From positions 64,001 through 128,000 of IMG/VR virus record IMGVR_UViG_3300024983_000001: a stretch of DNA of 64,000 nt; one strand, written 5' to 3'. A program made the position numbers and the translations under genes. This document shows positions 1-9,298 of this stretch, one piece after another; within the stretch, counting starts at the first letter, position 1; each line of letters opens with the position of its first letter. This DNA comes from a virus. The notes beneath the pieces were generated by a model. That model was not told where the DNA came from, did no database searches, and saw nothing but the letters and a program-made list of their open reading frames with translations.

Positions 1-129
1 AGTAATGGCATAATTCATCAATCCCGCACGTTCACTTACACCAAGTTCATACATCTCATTGATTCCACCTGCAAGCAATCCAATTTCATTATCAATGTTA
101 TCTCTATATTCTACTTTAATGTATGGCAT
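1..129 (-). CDS. hypothetical phage protein, runs off the window edge (MPYIK...GLMNYAIT)
   Basis: ATG at 129 with GGAG RBS; open frame to position 1; not in the ORF track. Confidence 0.7.
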   Translation of the reverse strand, partial: MPYIKVEYRDNIDNEIGLLAGGINEMYELGVSERAGLMNYAIT

Positions 130-140
130 AATTCTTCTCC

Positions 141-455
141 TCAATAATGTGCGTTAATTACAAATACTTCTTCTTCAGGATGTTTATATGCACTAAATGC
201 CGCTATATAATCAGACATATCTCTCATATATAACACCCCATCGATTATTTCTGTGTTGGCTTGCTCTTCTGTTGTTAATTCATTTTCATAACCAGCAGGT
301 ACGTGGTGTCTTTCCCACAACAAAACTTTTGGTGACCACCCATGTTTTTGAAAATAAACATCTTCAATTCGTTGATATAACACAGGCATATCATCGGGTA
401 GGTTTTCCATGGCCTTTTTTAGCCCGCCCACAGTTAAACAAAATGAATCTATCAC
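141..455 (-). CDS. hypothetical protein
   Basis: ORF translationally coupled to the upstream gene. Confidence 0.7.
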   Translation of the reverse strand: MIDSFCLTVGGLKKAMENLPDDMPVLYQRIEDVYFQKHGWSPKVLLWERHHVPAGYENELTTEEQANTEIIDGVLYMRDMSDYIAAFSAYKHPEEEVFVINAHY

Positions 456-1186
456 GTTTTATTTTCCTTTATTTCGTTGTCGCGTTCTGTTTCAAGATGT
501 GAAACAAAAAAGTCGTATCTGTCCACATGATCTTCGTGTGTTTCTTTGACTAAATCAACACATCCCTTACAATACAAGGGAGAAACCTTTGACACATAAT
601 GTGTTTTATTTTTCTTGAATGGATTACCACACAATGAGCACAAATAGTGGTCACCTATGTGTCTATTACCAAACACATCACGCCGCAGTAATTGTGGTGG
701 TAGCCTATCAAGATATTCGTACAACTCGTCAAAGGTGTCGAAAATTTTTGTGCTTAATCCAAAAAGCCACCCACTAATTTTTTCCGTTTTTGGTAATGAA
801 TTAACCACAAAAACAGGAATATCATGGTTGTAAGCATATTGACATTCACTAATAGTACCAGCACCTTTTCTTACACCTTCATCGAGTAATACCACTAACG
901 CATCACTATCATTAAGAATTAATTGCAAATCAGTATAAATGAAATGCTTTCTAATGTGCATTTTACGCTGCAGTGGGTCAGTCGTATCAATTTCACGAAA
1001 GATGTTGCCATGTTTGGAAGAATAGGCAACATCCAGTGCTGTAATATCGAGTGGATAATAACCCATCTCCTTCAACTTATTGGAGCATTCGCTTCGCCAC
1101 GTCCCACCAAGTTTTCCATCTGGTGCAAACTCCATTGACCCCGAAAGGTACAAATTACCACGTTTATATTTTGGGTGGTTAATCAT
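452..1186 (-). CDS. nucleoside 2-deoxyribosyltransferase/Rcl-like N-glycosidase with C-terminal Zn ribbon
   Basis: LYLSG start, SDALVV...GAGTISE...AY...IPVFVV motifs; two CxxC. Confidence 0.6.
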   Translation of the reverse strand: MINHPKYKRGNLYLSGSMEFAPDGKLGGTWRSECSNKLKEMGYYPLDITALDVAYSSKHGNIFREIDTTDPLQRKMHIRKHFIYTDLQLILNDSDALVVLLDEGVRKGAGTISECQYAYNHDIPVFVVNSLPKTEKISGWLFGLSTKIFDTFDELYEYLDRLPPQLLRRDVFGNRHIGDHYLCSLCGNPFKKNKTHYVSKVSPLYCKGCVDLVKETHEDHVDRYDFFVSHLETERDNEIKENKT

Positions 1187-1542
1187 AGTTTTGCAATATC
1201 TCCAGTAAGTAATTCAATTTCAGCTTTATGTTTAGCAATTTGCTCTTGCAGCGAATATCTAACACGTTCCTTAGCTAAAATAACCTCAGCTTGGTGTTTG
1301 AGTTCATCGATTGATAATAGTGGTGAGTCTATAAAAATGCGTTTGACGTTATCACTTACAATAATGAGAGGTCCTTCTCTCCACCGATTTTTTATTTCCT
1401 GACCCGTTGCAAGATTTACAATAAAGTTGGCGGAATATCCTATCCGTAACGGCAAAACCTGGAAGGGTTCTCGCTCATGTTTGTTGTCATACCCCACACG
1501 AAACACATCTCCCGTAAAATAGATTATACCAAGTTCCGTCAT
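1183..1542 (-). CDS. hypothetical protein
   Basis: ORF with ATGA overlaps. Confidence 0.65.
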   Translation of the reverse strand: MTELGIIYFTGDVFRVGYDNKHEREPFQVLPLRIGYSANFIVNLATGQEIKNRWREGPLIIVSDNVKRIFIDSPLLSIDELKHQAEVILAKERVRYSLQEQIAKHKAEIELLTGDIAKL

Positions 1543-1991
1543 TTAAACTTCTCTCTCATTTCGGTCCGAACTCGCATTAAAATTAATCCGAGATTGTTTT
1601 GACCAACGCCGTCGCACACTCCCCACACCACATCACCCCAATTATTGCCCTCTTCGAGGTGGCAATCACCAGTAGCAATCAGTTTTTCGCGTAGATGAGG
1701 ATTTTGGTTGAATTTTTGATACACGATTTCGTACATGGTAGCAATCTTAATATCCGCAAATCCCTCACGAAGAGTTAAAGTTTTGCCCAACCGTTTGGTG
1801 TCGCTTGGATTTTTAATCTTTGAAATAGCAATCCGCCCTTCACGGTCATCAATTTTTGCTGCTTGATATGCGTGCTCTGAAGAGGGCCATAGTATTCCAT
1901 CCCACACAAACTCTGCTGGATAAAAATTTGATAAGTATCGATACTCGCCAAAAAATGTTAAAATAGGTTCATTATTCATAATATTCTTCAA
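1539..1991 (-). CDS. NADAR (YbiA/DUF1768) family hydrolase
   Basis: YLSNFYP, SSEHAYQAAK, KFNQNPHL...L.ATG, WGDVVWG...GQNNLG.ILM motifs. Confidence 0.9.
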   Translation of the reverse strand: MKNIMNNEPILTFFGEYRYLSNFYPAEFVWDGILWPSSEHAYQAAKIDDREGRIAISKIKNPSDTKRLGKTLTLREGFADIKIATMYEIVYQKFNQNPHLREKLIATGDCHLEEGNNWGDVVWGVCDGVGQNNLGLILMRVRTEMREKFK

Positions 1992-2227
1992 TAGATATTG
2001 TCACATGATGTTTCATCTTCAACAACATAAAAAGTTATTACCTTTACGTCATTATAACACCCACCCCGCTTTGCAATCGACTTCGCAAGGCTCAAAGCTA
2101 CTCCGTGTTTTGAGTATAGATAAGCTGATTGAAATTTTTCTGTATGACCACCATTGGCCGATAACCACATGTGTTGTCCATCATATACTGTATATCTAAC
2201 AGCCCAACGCTTAAATTTGTTTTCCAT
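1988..2227 (-). CDS. hypothetical protein
   Basis: ORF within operon. Confidence 0.55.
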   Translation of the reverse strand: MENKFKRWAVRYTVYDGQHMWLSANGGHTEKFQSAYLYSKHGVALSLAKSIAKRGGCYNDVKVITFYVVEDETSCDNIY

Positions 2228-2230
2228 ATA

Positions 2231-2458
2231 TTATTTCCACCTCGGAAAGTTGCACTGCATCAAAAGTGGACGAGGAGGCTCATTTTGTTTCATCCTGATG
2301 ATTGTGTCGGTTAATGTTTTATTTTCCTTAACAAAATGATCAACAGCAAGCATCATTGCTTCTTCCCACGTAAGAAACCCGTGCCTTGCTTGATACACAC
2401 ACATACTCAAGGCACTATTATCGTGGGACAAGTTAATTATCTGTTCTCTTGTGACCAT
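2231..2458 (-). CDS. hypothetical protein
   Basis: ORF with GAAGGAG RBS. Confidence 0.55.
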   Translation of the reverse strand: MVTREQIINLSHDNSALSMCVYQARHGFLTWEEAMMLAVDHFVKENKTLTDTIIRMKQNEPPRPLLMQCNFPRWK

Positions 2459-3045
2459 AGCTTCTTATCTCCTTCACAAAAATATCCTTTGCTGCGATGC
2501 AACGCTTCCAGCTGTACAAATTCCCACGACATGTTTGAACGAGCACGAGCCTCAAACTCACGGCGAAAATGTTCTGTATGAAAAATATAGTCTCTGTTAC
2601 AAAATGAAACTATCCAATTCATTCTACCTTCTAACCACTCTTGTTCAGTTAGGTGTGCAAACTCAGCACGAACATTATCTGTGTTCTGTTTGAATTCTTC
2701 CCACGCCGACCCCAATCCCATCAAATCAAGGTCTAATACCACTTTCGATTCGTCCAAAGACGAAATGTGTGTTTTCGTATCAAGAATGATTTGTCGAGCG
2801 ACGTGCATATCGAGACGGTTGTTATGCTCCAACCATTCCATCATTTTGTTTGCACTATCCTCTTCGTTGGTTTTCGATTGGGGATTATATACAAAATCAT
2901 GCCACCAAATAGCAGTTACTTGTGCATTTGATAAAGTAATACCTTCTTTTGTGGCATATTTAAACATGCTGGTAATGTGATCTAATGTGTGGTAATACCG
3001 ATGGGATTCAGTATAAGCATTTGTTAATTGTACAATATCAAACAT
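2437..3045 (-). CDS. HD-superfamily metal-dependent phosphohydrolase (COG4339-like)
   Basis: HRYYHTLDHI, AIWWHDFVY, NEEDSA, LDLDL, VRAEF motifs. Confidence 0.85.
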   Translation of the reverse strand: MFDIVQLTNAYTESHRYYHTLDHITSMFKYATKEGITLSNAQVTAIWWHDFVYNPQSKTNEEDSANKMMEWLEHNNRLDMHVARQIILDTKTHISSLDESKVVLDLDLMGLGSAWEEFKQNTDNVRAEFAHLTEQEWLEGRMNWIVSFCNRDYIFHTEHFRREFEARARSNMSWEFVQLEALHRSKGYFCEGDKKLWSQENR

Positions 3046-3048
3046 AAA

Positions 3049-3948
3049 TCAACTCCATCCCAACTTTGTGGTCAACACTTCAAAGAAGTTCCAAGCGGGT
3101 GTGTGTAACAACCGCACTTTATTTGGTTGTGTGTTGATTGTAAAGGTAGCAGCCTCACCACTATTATGAGTATCAAACGAACCGAACAATTGCCCATCAC
3201 CACGAATTGATACCGTTCCACCATCACGGATTCGTGCAGATACCTTAATAACGGCATCACCACCTACAATAATAGGACGAGAGGCCATCGTCATGGGTGC
3301 AACTGGTGTGATTTCTAATACATTTAATGAAGGATAAATAATCGCGCCGCCCGCGGATAAAGCGTAGGCGGTAGAACCGGTAGGAGTGGAAATAACAACA
3401 CTATTGGCACGGTGAGAACCAGCGCTCATATTGTCAACCCAAACTTCATATTCGATAGCTGAATCGGAATTGCTGTTAGCAATGGAGATCTCGTTCATTG
3501 TCGAAAACTCATAGCCTTCCGGGGTGGTTGTGAACAACATAATTCTATCTTCACGTGGAAACAAAGACGTTTTCCCCACATCAAGGATGCTGCCAAGATA
3601 ACTGTTTTTTTGCAAATCCTCAAAGGAAAAGTCAGTCAAAAATCCCACTCGTCCTGTATTAATGCCCATTACCGTTGCACCAGTTGATACCGCAATGTCA
3701 CTAGCATACAACATTGTACCATCGCCACCAATGGCCACGATAAGGGTATCCTGCGTAATGTCGCATTGGTCGGAGATGATGATCACTTGGTTTGTCGGCG
3801 ACAACAACTGATTAACACTTCTGAGCTGCTTGCGGATTTCCTTTTCCGCTTCATCGACACGTTCAACATCCTGCCCGTTTACTTTACGGACGATATATAC
3901 AGATTGAAATGCGGGCTTATTCATAATTACCTCAATTCTTACATTCAT
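3049..3948 (-). CDS. nadK: NAD(+) kinase
   Basis: GGDGT, GINTGRVGFLT, NE, STPTGSTAYALSAGG signatures. Confidence 0.92.
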   Translation of the reverse strand: MNVRIEVIMNKPAFQSVYIVRKVNGQDVERVDEAEKEIRKQLRSVNQLLSPTNQVIIISDQCDITQDTLIVAIGGDGTMLYASDIAVSTGATVMGINTGRVGFLTDFSFEDLQKNSYLGSILDVGKTSLFPREDRIMLFTTTPEGYEFSTMNEISIANSNSDSAIEYEVWVDNMSAGSHRANSVVISTPTGSTAYALSAGGAIIYPSLNVLEITPVAPMTMASRPIIVGGDAVIKVSARIRDGGTVSIRGDGQLFGSFDTHNSGEAATFTINTQPNKVRLLHTPAWNFFEVLTTKLGWS

Positions 3949-3994
3949 TAATTATGGGGTTATTGTCCAACATTTGTTTATAAAACACAACAAC

Positions 3995-4002
3995 CATAAA
4001 TA
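3995..4002 (+). promoter_or_regulatory. T4-like late promoter CATAAATA
   Basis: Upstream of virion genes; NATAAATA also at 15541(-), 21549(+), 24606(-), 25524(-), 26300(-), 26336(+), 33069(-)/33081(+), 39824(-), 41296(-), 45317(+). Confidence 0.7.
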
Positions 4003-4055
4003 TATTAAACAAGTTGCGTCTCACTATCACAACGTTCATAAAAAGGATTATAATT

Positions 4056-5126
4056 ATGTTACTCGACGGCATTACACTTACAAGCACTTCGGAAGTTCAA
4101 AACGTTCATGTTGAATCCGGCACGACTTTCCCTTTATCTCCAACTATCGGGCGTGCGTTTTATCTCACTGCCTCAGGTGGTGGTTATGATATTGGTTTTT
4201 ACATTTATAATGGCACAGATTGGATCACTGGTGATGTAACAGGGGTTTCTGTTGGTACTGGTTTAACTGGCGGCGGCGTTTCCGGCAACATCACGTTAAA
4301 CATCGACACCACCGTTATGGCAACAAAGGACTATGTAAACACTCTCGTTACAACTGGTGCTGTTTGGGTTGAGCCAATTGCAGCTAACGGTTTGGTTGGT
4401 GATAACCTTTCTACACCTCCTGGTTCTCCAGCAGTGCACGATTCGTATATTGTTTTAGCTACCGGAACCGGTGCATGGACAGGACTTGACGGACATTTGG
4501 TAGAGTGGAACGGTTCCGCTTGGGTGGATTTGGGACTTGTTACAATTGGTATGAGAATTGGTTTATCTATGGAGTCTGTTACTACTTGTACAGGTTCCTT
4601 TGTCGGACACGATAACGAAATTGTTACTATTACAGGTGTCGGCCCTCTTACGTATTCATACACAGCACTCACAGATGGTATGTCTGTTTTGGTGAACACT
4701 GCTGCATCCTATGATGCGTATCATGCTTACTTCTACCAGGGGGCTACTTCGTCTTGGGTTGAGTTCGTTGGTCCACCAGTCGTCCAAACAATTCCGTACG
4801 ATATCAGTGGTTCTATTCTCGGTAAACCAGCTGGCGGTGCTGTTGTAACACGATTTGTTGCCGTTCGTGGTTTCAGTATTCCTGCAAACTGCACAGGTAG
4901 TGTTGGTAAAGCAGCAACAGCCGCAACCAATTCGACCACCTTATCCCTTCAAAAGAATGGTGTTCAGTTTGGTACAATGGTATTTGCTGCAAGCGGAACC
5001 GTCGCTACATTTACTGCATCCAGCACATCGTTCATCGCCGGTGACATCTTTACTGTTGTTGCGCCAGGTACCGCAGATACAACATTTGGTGATGCTGAAT
5101 ACACATTCGTGTGCACATTAGCTTAA
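4056..5126 (+). CDS. virion fibre/adhesin protein with DUF2793-like domain
   Basis: Thr/Gly rich; PPGSP...YIV...GAWTG.DG...W.GSAW; start moved to the ATG after AAGGA; paralog of the next two genes. Confidence 0.75.
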   Translation: MLLDGITLTSTSEVQNVHVESGTTFPLSPTIGRAFYLTASGGGYDIGFYIYNGTDWITGDVTGVSVGTGLTGGGVSGNITLNIDTTVMATKDYVNTLVTTGAVWVEPIAANGLVGDNLSTPPGSPAVHDSYIVLATGTGAWTGLDGHLVEWNGSAWVDLGLVTIGMRIGLSMESVTTCTGSFVGHDNEIVTITGVGPLTYSYTALTDGMSVLVNTAASYDAYHAYFYQGATSSWVEFVGPPVVQTIPYDISGSILGKPAGGAVVTRFVAVRGFSIPANCTGSVGKAATAATNSTTLSLQKNGVQFGTMVFAASGTVATFTASSTSFIAGDIFTVVAPGTADTTFGDAEYTFVCTLA

Positions 5127-5154
5127 TCATCACACATTTTCAAAGAGCAGTAAT

Positions 5155-6624
5155 ATGTTATTAGATGGTGTAACTCTCGTAGCCGGTTCGGAAATACAGA
5201 ACGTTCATGTAGAATCAGGCACTACATTCCCTGTTGGACCAGCTCAAGGTAGGATGTTCTATTTAACGACCGCGAGTGGTGGTAATTCTATCGGTCTTTA
5301 TGTGTTTGATGGAACCTCGTGGATTACGGGGGACATTACAAGCTTGACAGCCGGAAGTGGTTTGACTGGAGGTGGTGTCGCGGGGGACATCAGCTTTGCT
5401 GTAGACACTTCTGTTATTGCAACCAACACGTCTGTTTCTACAGCCTTAGGTGTTGTTAGTGGTGATCTTGCTACTCACACTGCGGATGCAACAGTGCACT
5501 TGACATCTGCTCAAAACACTTTGCTAGATGGACTAAATGGTTCTTTGACGTCTGCCGAAGTTAATTATTTGGTGGGCGTAACGGGTGCTGTTCAAACACA
5601 AATCGATTCCAAAGTTGCAAAAGCTGGTGATACAATGACTGGTAATTTGGTCATGCAAGCCGAACAAACAATTACGGTACCAACACCAACTGGTGGTTTT
5701 ACTGCTTCAAATGCTGTTAATAGAGCTTATGTTGATGCTCTTGCATCAGGATTAACGTGGTTAAACCCAATCCTTGATCCAGATTTGATGGATGATAGTT
5801 TGAGTGCACCTCCTGTATCTCCTGTTGTAAATGCCGTGTATTTAATTGGCGCCACTGCATCCGGTGCTTGGACGGGTCTTGAAGGACACGCTGTATATTG
5901 GTCGGGTACTGCATGGGTTGATATTTTGGGCCGGGTTGTTGCTGTTGGTGATCGTTTTGGTGTCACTATGGAGCATGGTTCGGGTACTGAGGGTGGTAAT
6001 ATGGCTACACACCATAACGACATTGCCCAAGTTACTAACGCAACCCCAGGTTCATATGCTTATACATTTACAACACCACTTTCTGGCCAAGCCACTTTTG
6101 TAAACAATGCATCTTCACAACACTTTGGACACTCATACGTATACGATTCAGCTTCAACAGCGTGGATAGAATTTGGTGGTCCTAATGCAACCCCAGCAGG
6201 TGTTGGTTTGGGTTATACAGGTAACGTGTTGAATGTTAATTTAGGTGCAGGTGTTGCTGAGTTACCAACTGATGAAGTTGGTTTAGATTTATATTCCGCC
6301 TCCGGGTTAATGTTAACATTGGATGGTACAACTCCATCATCTGCAACTGCCGCACAACTTGCTGTAAAAGTGGATGGTACAACGTTAACTCGTTCAGCAA
6401 ATGGATTGAAGGTTGCAGATGTTGGATATAATGTTTTCACAGCAACTGCTTCACAAACCGTATTCACATTCTCCGGATTTACCAATGTGGTTGGTTCACA
6501 TCGCTTGATGGTATTTGTGAGTGGTATCAAACAATTGGAAAGTGCTTACACAGAGACTACTACAGATATTACACTATCTACTGGTCTTACTGCCGGTACA
6601 TCTGTAGAAATCTACTTTAGATAA
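5155..6624 (+). CDS. virion fibre protein with DUF2793-like domain
   Basis: N-terminus MLLDG.TL...SE.QNVHVESGTTFP shared with 4056; KAGDTMTGNL and AVNRAYVD fibre motifs. Confidence 0.8.
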   Translation: MLLDGVTLVAGSEIQNVHVESGTTFPVGPAQGRMFYLTTASGGNSIGLYVFDGTSWITGDITSLTAGSGLTGGGVAGDISFAVDTSVIATNTSVSTALGVVSGDLATHTADATVHLTSAQNTLLDGLNGSLTSAEVNYLVGVTGAVQTQIDSKVAKAGDTMTGNLVMQAEQTITVPTPTGGFTASNAVNRAYVDALASGLTWLNPILDPDLMDDSLSAPPVSPVVNAVYLIGATASGAWTGLEGHAVYWSGTAWVDILGRVVAVGDRFGVTMEHGSGTEGGNMATHHNDIAQVTNATPGSYAYTFTTPLSGQATFVNNASSQHFGHSYVYDSASTAWIEFGGPNATPAGVGLGYTGNVLNVNLGAGVAELPTDEVGLDLYSASGLMLTLDGTTPSSATAAQLAVKVDGTTLTRSANGLKVADVGYNVFTATASQTVFTFSGFTNVVGSHRLMVFVSGIKQLESAYTETTTDITLSTGLTAGTSVEIYFR

Positions 6625-6639
6625 TAGGAGAGTTTAATT

Positions 6640-7023
6640 ATGTCGTTAACAACAATTTCATTAGATGTGGTACCAGCAGCACTAAAGGCATATGATATTG
6701 CTGGCAGTACTATTGGAAAACCAGCAAATGCAGCAACCATTGCAAGGTTTGTTGCAGTCCGTCCTTTCACTTTACCAGCCAACTTAACGGGTAGCTATGC
6801 AAAAGCTGGTGTAGCATCAACAGCCGCCGCATTATTCACTATCAATAAGAACGGTTCTTCTGTTGGCAATTTTACATATGGTATTGGTTCTGCAATCGGT
6901 GCATTTACGTTTGCATCTGATGTTTCGTTTGCAGCAGGTGATGTGTTAACCGTTGTTGGTCCAGGAACTGCTGATAGTACATTGTCCGATCTTCAGTTCA
7001 CGTTTGCTGGTGTATTGGTATAA
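6640..7023 (+). CDS. small virion protein, standalone copy of the C-terminal domain of 4056..5126
   Basis: YDI.GS..GKPA..A...RFVAVR.F..PAN.TGS shared. Confidence 0.75.
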   Translation: MSLTTISLDVVPAALKAYDIAGSTIGKPANAATIARFVAVRPFTLPANLTGSYAKAGVASTAAALFTINKNGSSVGNFTYGIGSAIGAFTFASDVSFAAGDVLTVVGPGTADSTLSDLQFTFAGVLV

Positions 7024-7070
7024 AGAATTCACGCTTAGGACCGTGATATCAGTAGAGGGATACTACTGAG

Positions 7071-7096
7071 AAAATCCCCACGAAAGTGGGGATTTT
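7071..7096. terminator. bidirectional intrinsic terminator
   Basis: aaaatccccac-gaaa-gtggggatttt between convergent genes. Confidence 0.85.
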
Positions 7097-7099
7097 TGT

Positions 7100-7540
7100 T
7101 TATTGAGGTTGTACCTTACGAATAACTTTACGTGTTTTGTGATACTTTTTAACCACATGACGTTTTTTCTGTTGTTTTTCGATTTTGGGTGGCGGTTTAA
7201 GACTGTTTATACGGTCCTCTTCCATTCGTTTCATATCTTCCAGTAAGTTGTTGTAGCCCACAGTTGTACATTGATTATAAAAATTTGTATATGTGTCGGC
7301 AGGATTTTTTGTTTTAAGGTAAAAAGCTTCCTGTTTAATACGTTGAAATGGAAATGTGACCGCTACAGGTTCACCTGTAAAAGAATCAATATCCGGCAAG
7401 GTTACACCCATGTCGCGTAGAGTTGCTACACTACGTGCATATGCACCTACCTTATCACATTGAGTATCGATGTGTTGTTGTGGGAACCCAGCACATCCTG
7501 TTAGTAACACTACGATTCCAATCGATAGTAATTTTAACAT
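7100..7540 (-). CDS. lipoprotein with basic C-terminal tail
   Basis: Signal peptide with LTGC lipobox. Confidence 0.75.
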   Translation of the reverse strand: MLKLLSIGIVVLLTGCAGFPQQHIDTQCDKVGAYARSVATLRDMGVTLPDIDSFTGEPVAVTFPFQRIKQEAFYLKTKNPADTYTNFYNQCTTVGYNNLLEDMKRMEEDRINSLKPPPKIEKQQKKRHVVKKYHKTRKVIRKVQPQ

Positions 7541-7549
7541 ACAGTTCTC

Positions 7550-7891
7550 CTATTTAATTAATAATGTGTCGTTTGAGCAACACGATTTTAATTTTTCATA
7601 CACATCAGGCATGACGTTGATGCATCCATTCGTTATGGTTCTATCTCCAACATTTCCTGACATCAACCGGTCCATTCGGTGCTGCGTTGGATTTAACAAA
7701 TAAACACGATGGATTGCATACCATTCTGTGGATGTTTCTTTAAATTGTAACACATCACCACCATAACCTCGTTGTTCTGTAATAAGTTGATGAATTTGAA
7801 ATTCACCTTTTGGTGTATGTGTACCAATTAATGCTGGATAGCACGAATTAGCAAAACAAATTGTTGCTGTGATTAGATTAACTATAACCAT
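7550..7891 (-). CDS. L,D-transpeptidase (YkuD)-like protein
   Basis: TPKGEF, AIH...TNGCINV (H...GC) motif; start at ATG 7891. Confidence 0.7.
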   Translation of the reverse strand: MVIVNLITATICFANSCYPALIGTHTPKGEFQIHQLITEQRGYGGDVLQFKETSTEWYAIHRVYLLNPTQHRMDRLMSGNVGDRTITNGCINVMPDVYEKLKSCCSNDTLLIK

Positions 7892-7899
7892 AATACGAT

Positions 7900-7924
7900 A
7901 AAAAGGGGGCAACCCCCCTTTTTA
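7900..7924 (-). terminator. intrinsic terminator
   Basis: aaaaggggg-caa-cccccctttt with T run on the minus strand. Confidence 0.65.
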
Positions 7925-8317
7925 TTCTTTACCCTTCTTTACTGGAACCTCTTTATAAATCACAATTGGTACCGCCGGAACAGGCTTTTCCGTGACATGT
8001 GGTCGAATATACAAATATTCCCCCCGTCCAAGTTTTGGAGCCCAGTTGTAACTGTCACACTTCAACGTTGTTGACTCTTTCGCGCAATCAACATCGACAA
8101 CACGAGGCCAAATTGTTGCAGCAGTAGGAAATCCAGGCATGTATTGTGGAGCATGGTACATACCATCCATCACTGGTGGGGCTTGTTCTACCCCAACTTC
8201 ACCAGGAGTTCCCGAACCAAGCGGTGTGCGGACGATGCTAACATCTGTTGCTAATGCCACTTGAGAACATGCCAATGCAGCTAACAACGTCACTACCCTA
8301 ATATCTTTTGTATTCAT
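7922..8317 (-). CDS. secreted/periplasmic hypothetical protein
   Basis: Signal peptide ending ALA; AAAGGAG RBS. Confidence 0.75.
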   Translation of the reverse strand: MNTKDIRVVTLLAALACSQVALATDVSIVRTPLGSGTPGEVGVEQAPPVMDGMYHAPQYMPGFPTAATIWPRVVDVDCAKESTTLKCDSYNWAPKLGRGEYLYIRPHVTEKPVPAVPIVIYKEVPVKKGKE

Positions 8318-8345
8318 GTGCTTCTCCTTTTAGAAATAAGTCAAA

Positions 8346-9092
8346 TCACTTATCGTCTTTGGTTGGGCACTTAAAACCAGTTTCTTCAAGAGCTTCTTTG
8401 TTGAGATCATCCATACACATACGGGCCATAGCCGCAGCCTTGAATCCCATATTCCACATTTCACGGGAGTTCTTCAACATTACACAGTTTTTGTCAGACC
8501 ACGTAGAGCCGAGATTGATTCCGAATCCAGGAACTGAAATACCGCCACTAGACGAACCCATACAGGTATCATTGGAACTAGTTAATGCAGAGGCACTAAC
8601 ATCAGGTGTATTACGAATCGTTACTTTGCTGGGACTCGTAAAAGTGACATTTTGTGAGGCATTGTTGGAATTAGCGTTTGCGCCGGCGCCTACGGAACCG
8701 CCACTAACGTCACCAACTGTTGCATTGACGTCACCCACTTTGGCGGATGGAGAAAAGTTTCCGCCGCCATTACCAACAGAGGAATTTCCACTATCTTTAA
8801 CGGACGAATTACCACCCGCGACGTTACCTACCGATCCACCTGCTCCACCAATACCAACTCCCACCCCAACTCCAAAGCCGGTTGCGGTCGAACTTGAACT
8901 CGATGATGAACTTGAACTCGACGATGAACCATTGGAACCGCCATTACAACTATTGCCTTGACAATAGTGAGTGTTGGTATGAGTGTTGGTTTTGGTATCA
9001 CCATGTTTGCCGTTACCGAGGGGTTGGGTTGCGAAAGCCGAGCCGGAGACAAGCATAGCAGCTAATGCAACTGCAAGTAATGTTTTATTCAT
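8346..9092 (-). CDS. secreted Gly/Ser-rich protein with Cys-containing C-terminal domain
   Basis: MNKTLLAVALAAMLVSGSAFA signal peptide; AAAGGAGA RBS; poly-Ser tract. Confidence 0.8.
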   Translation of the reverse strand: MNKTLLAVALAAMLVSGSAFATQPLGNGKHGDTKTNTHTNTHYCQGNSCNGGSNGSSSSSSSSSSSSSTATGFGVGVGVGIGGAGGSVGNVAGGNSSVKDSGNSSVGNGGGNFSPSAKVGDVNATVGDVSGGSVGAGANANSNNASQNVTFTSPSKVTIRNTPDVSASALTSSNDTCMGSSSGGISVPGFGINLGSTWSDKNCVMLKNSREMWNMGFKAAAMARMCMDDLNKEALEETGFKCPTKDDK

Positions 9093-9124
9093 TTGTAAAT
9101 CTCCTTTAATTGAAATTAATGGAA

Positions 9125-9218
9125 GACTCACGGTAATTCCCGCTGCCATTGAAGTTACTCTTTAGGCCGGTGAACTTTGTGCCCCAGTCTTTCGAACTGG
9201 TATACCCTTTACATGTAT
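9125..9218 (-). ncRNA. c-di-GMP-I (GEMM) riboswitch aptamer
   Basis: Minus strand reads AAAGGGUAUACCAGUUCGAAAGACUGGGGCACAAAGUUCACCGGCCUAAAG...AUGGCAGCGGGAAUUACCG, matching the GEMM-I layout (GAAA tetraloop, CCUAA receptor, GYAGCGG, UUACC). Confidence 0.88.
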
Positions 9219-9267
9219 TCTTCTTGTTTTACTTACCCTTTCGCGGAATGCAAAAGGACAATATTAA

Positions 9268-9298
9268 TATTGTATTTCCAATATCTTAAAAAGTCAAC
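9268..9298 (-). promoter_or_regulatory. sigma70-like promoter of the riboswitch leader
   Basis: TTGACT-N17-TACAAT. Confidence 0.7.

Noticed and set aside
9219-9262. Second tandem riboswitch aptamer
   Set aside because: Only a weak GCGAAAGGG fragment; the receptor stem and conserved 3' motif are missing.
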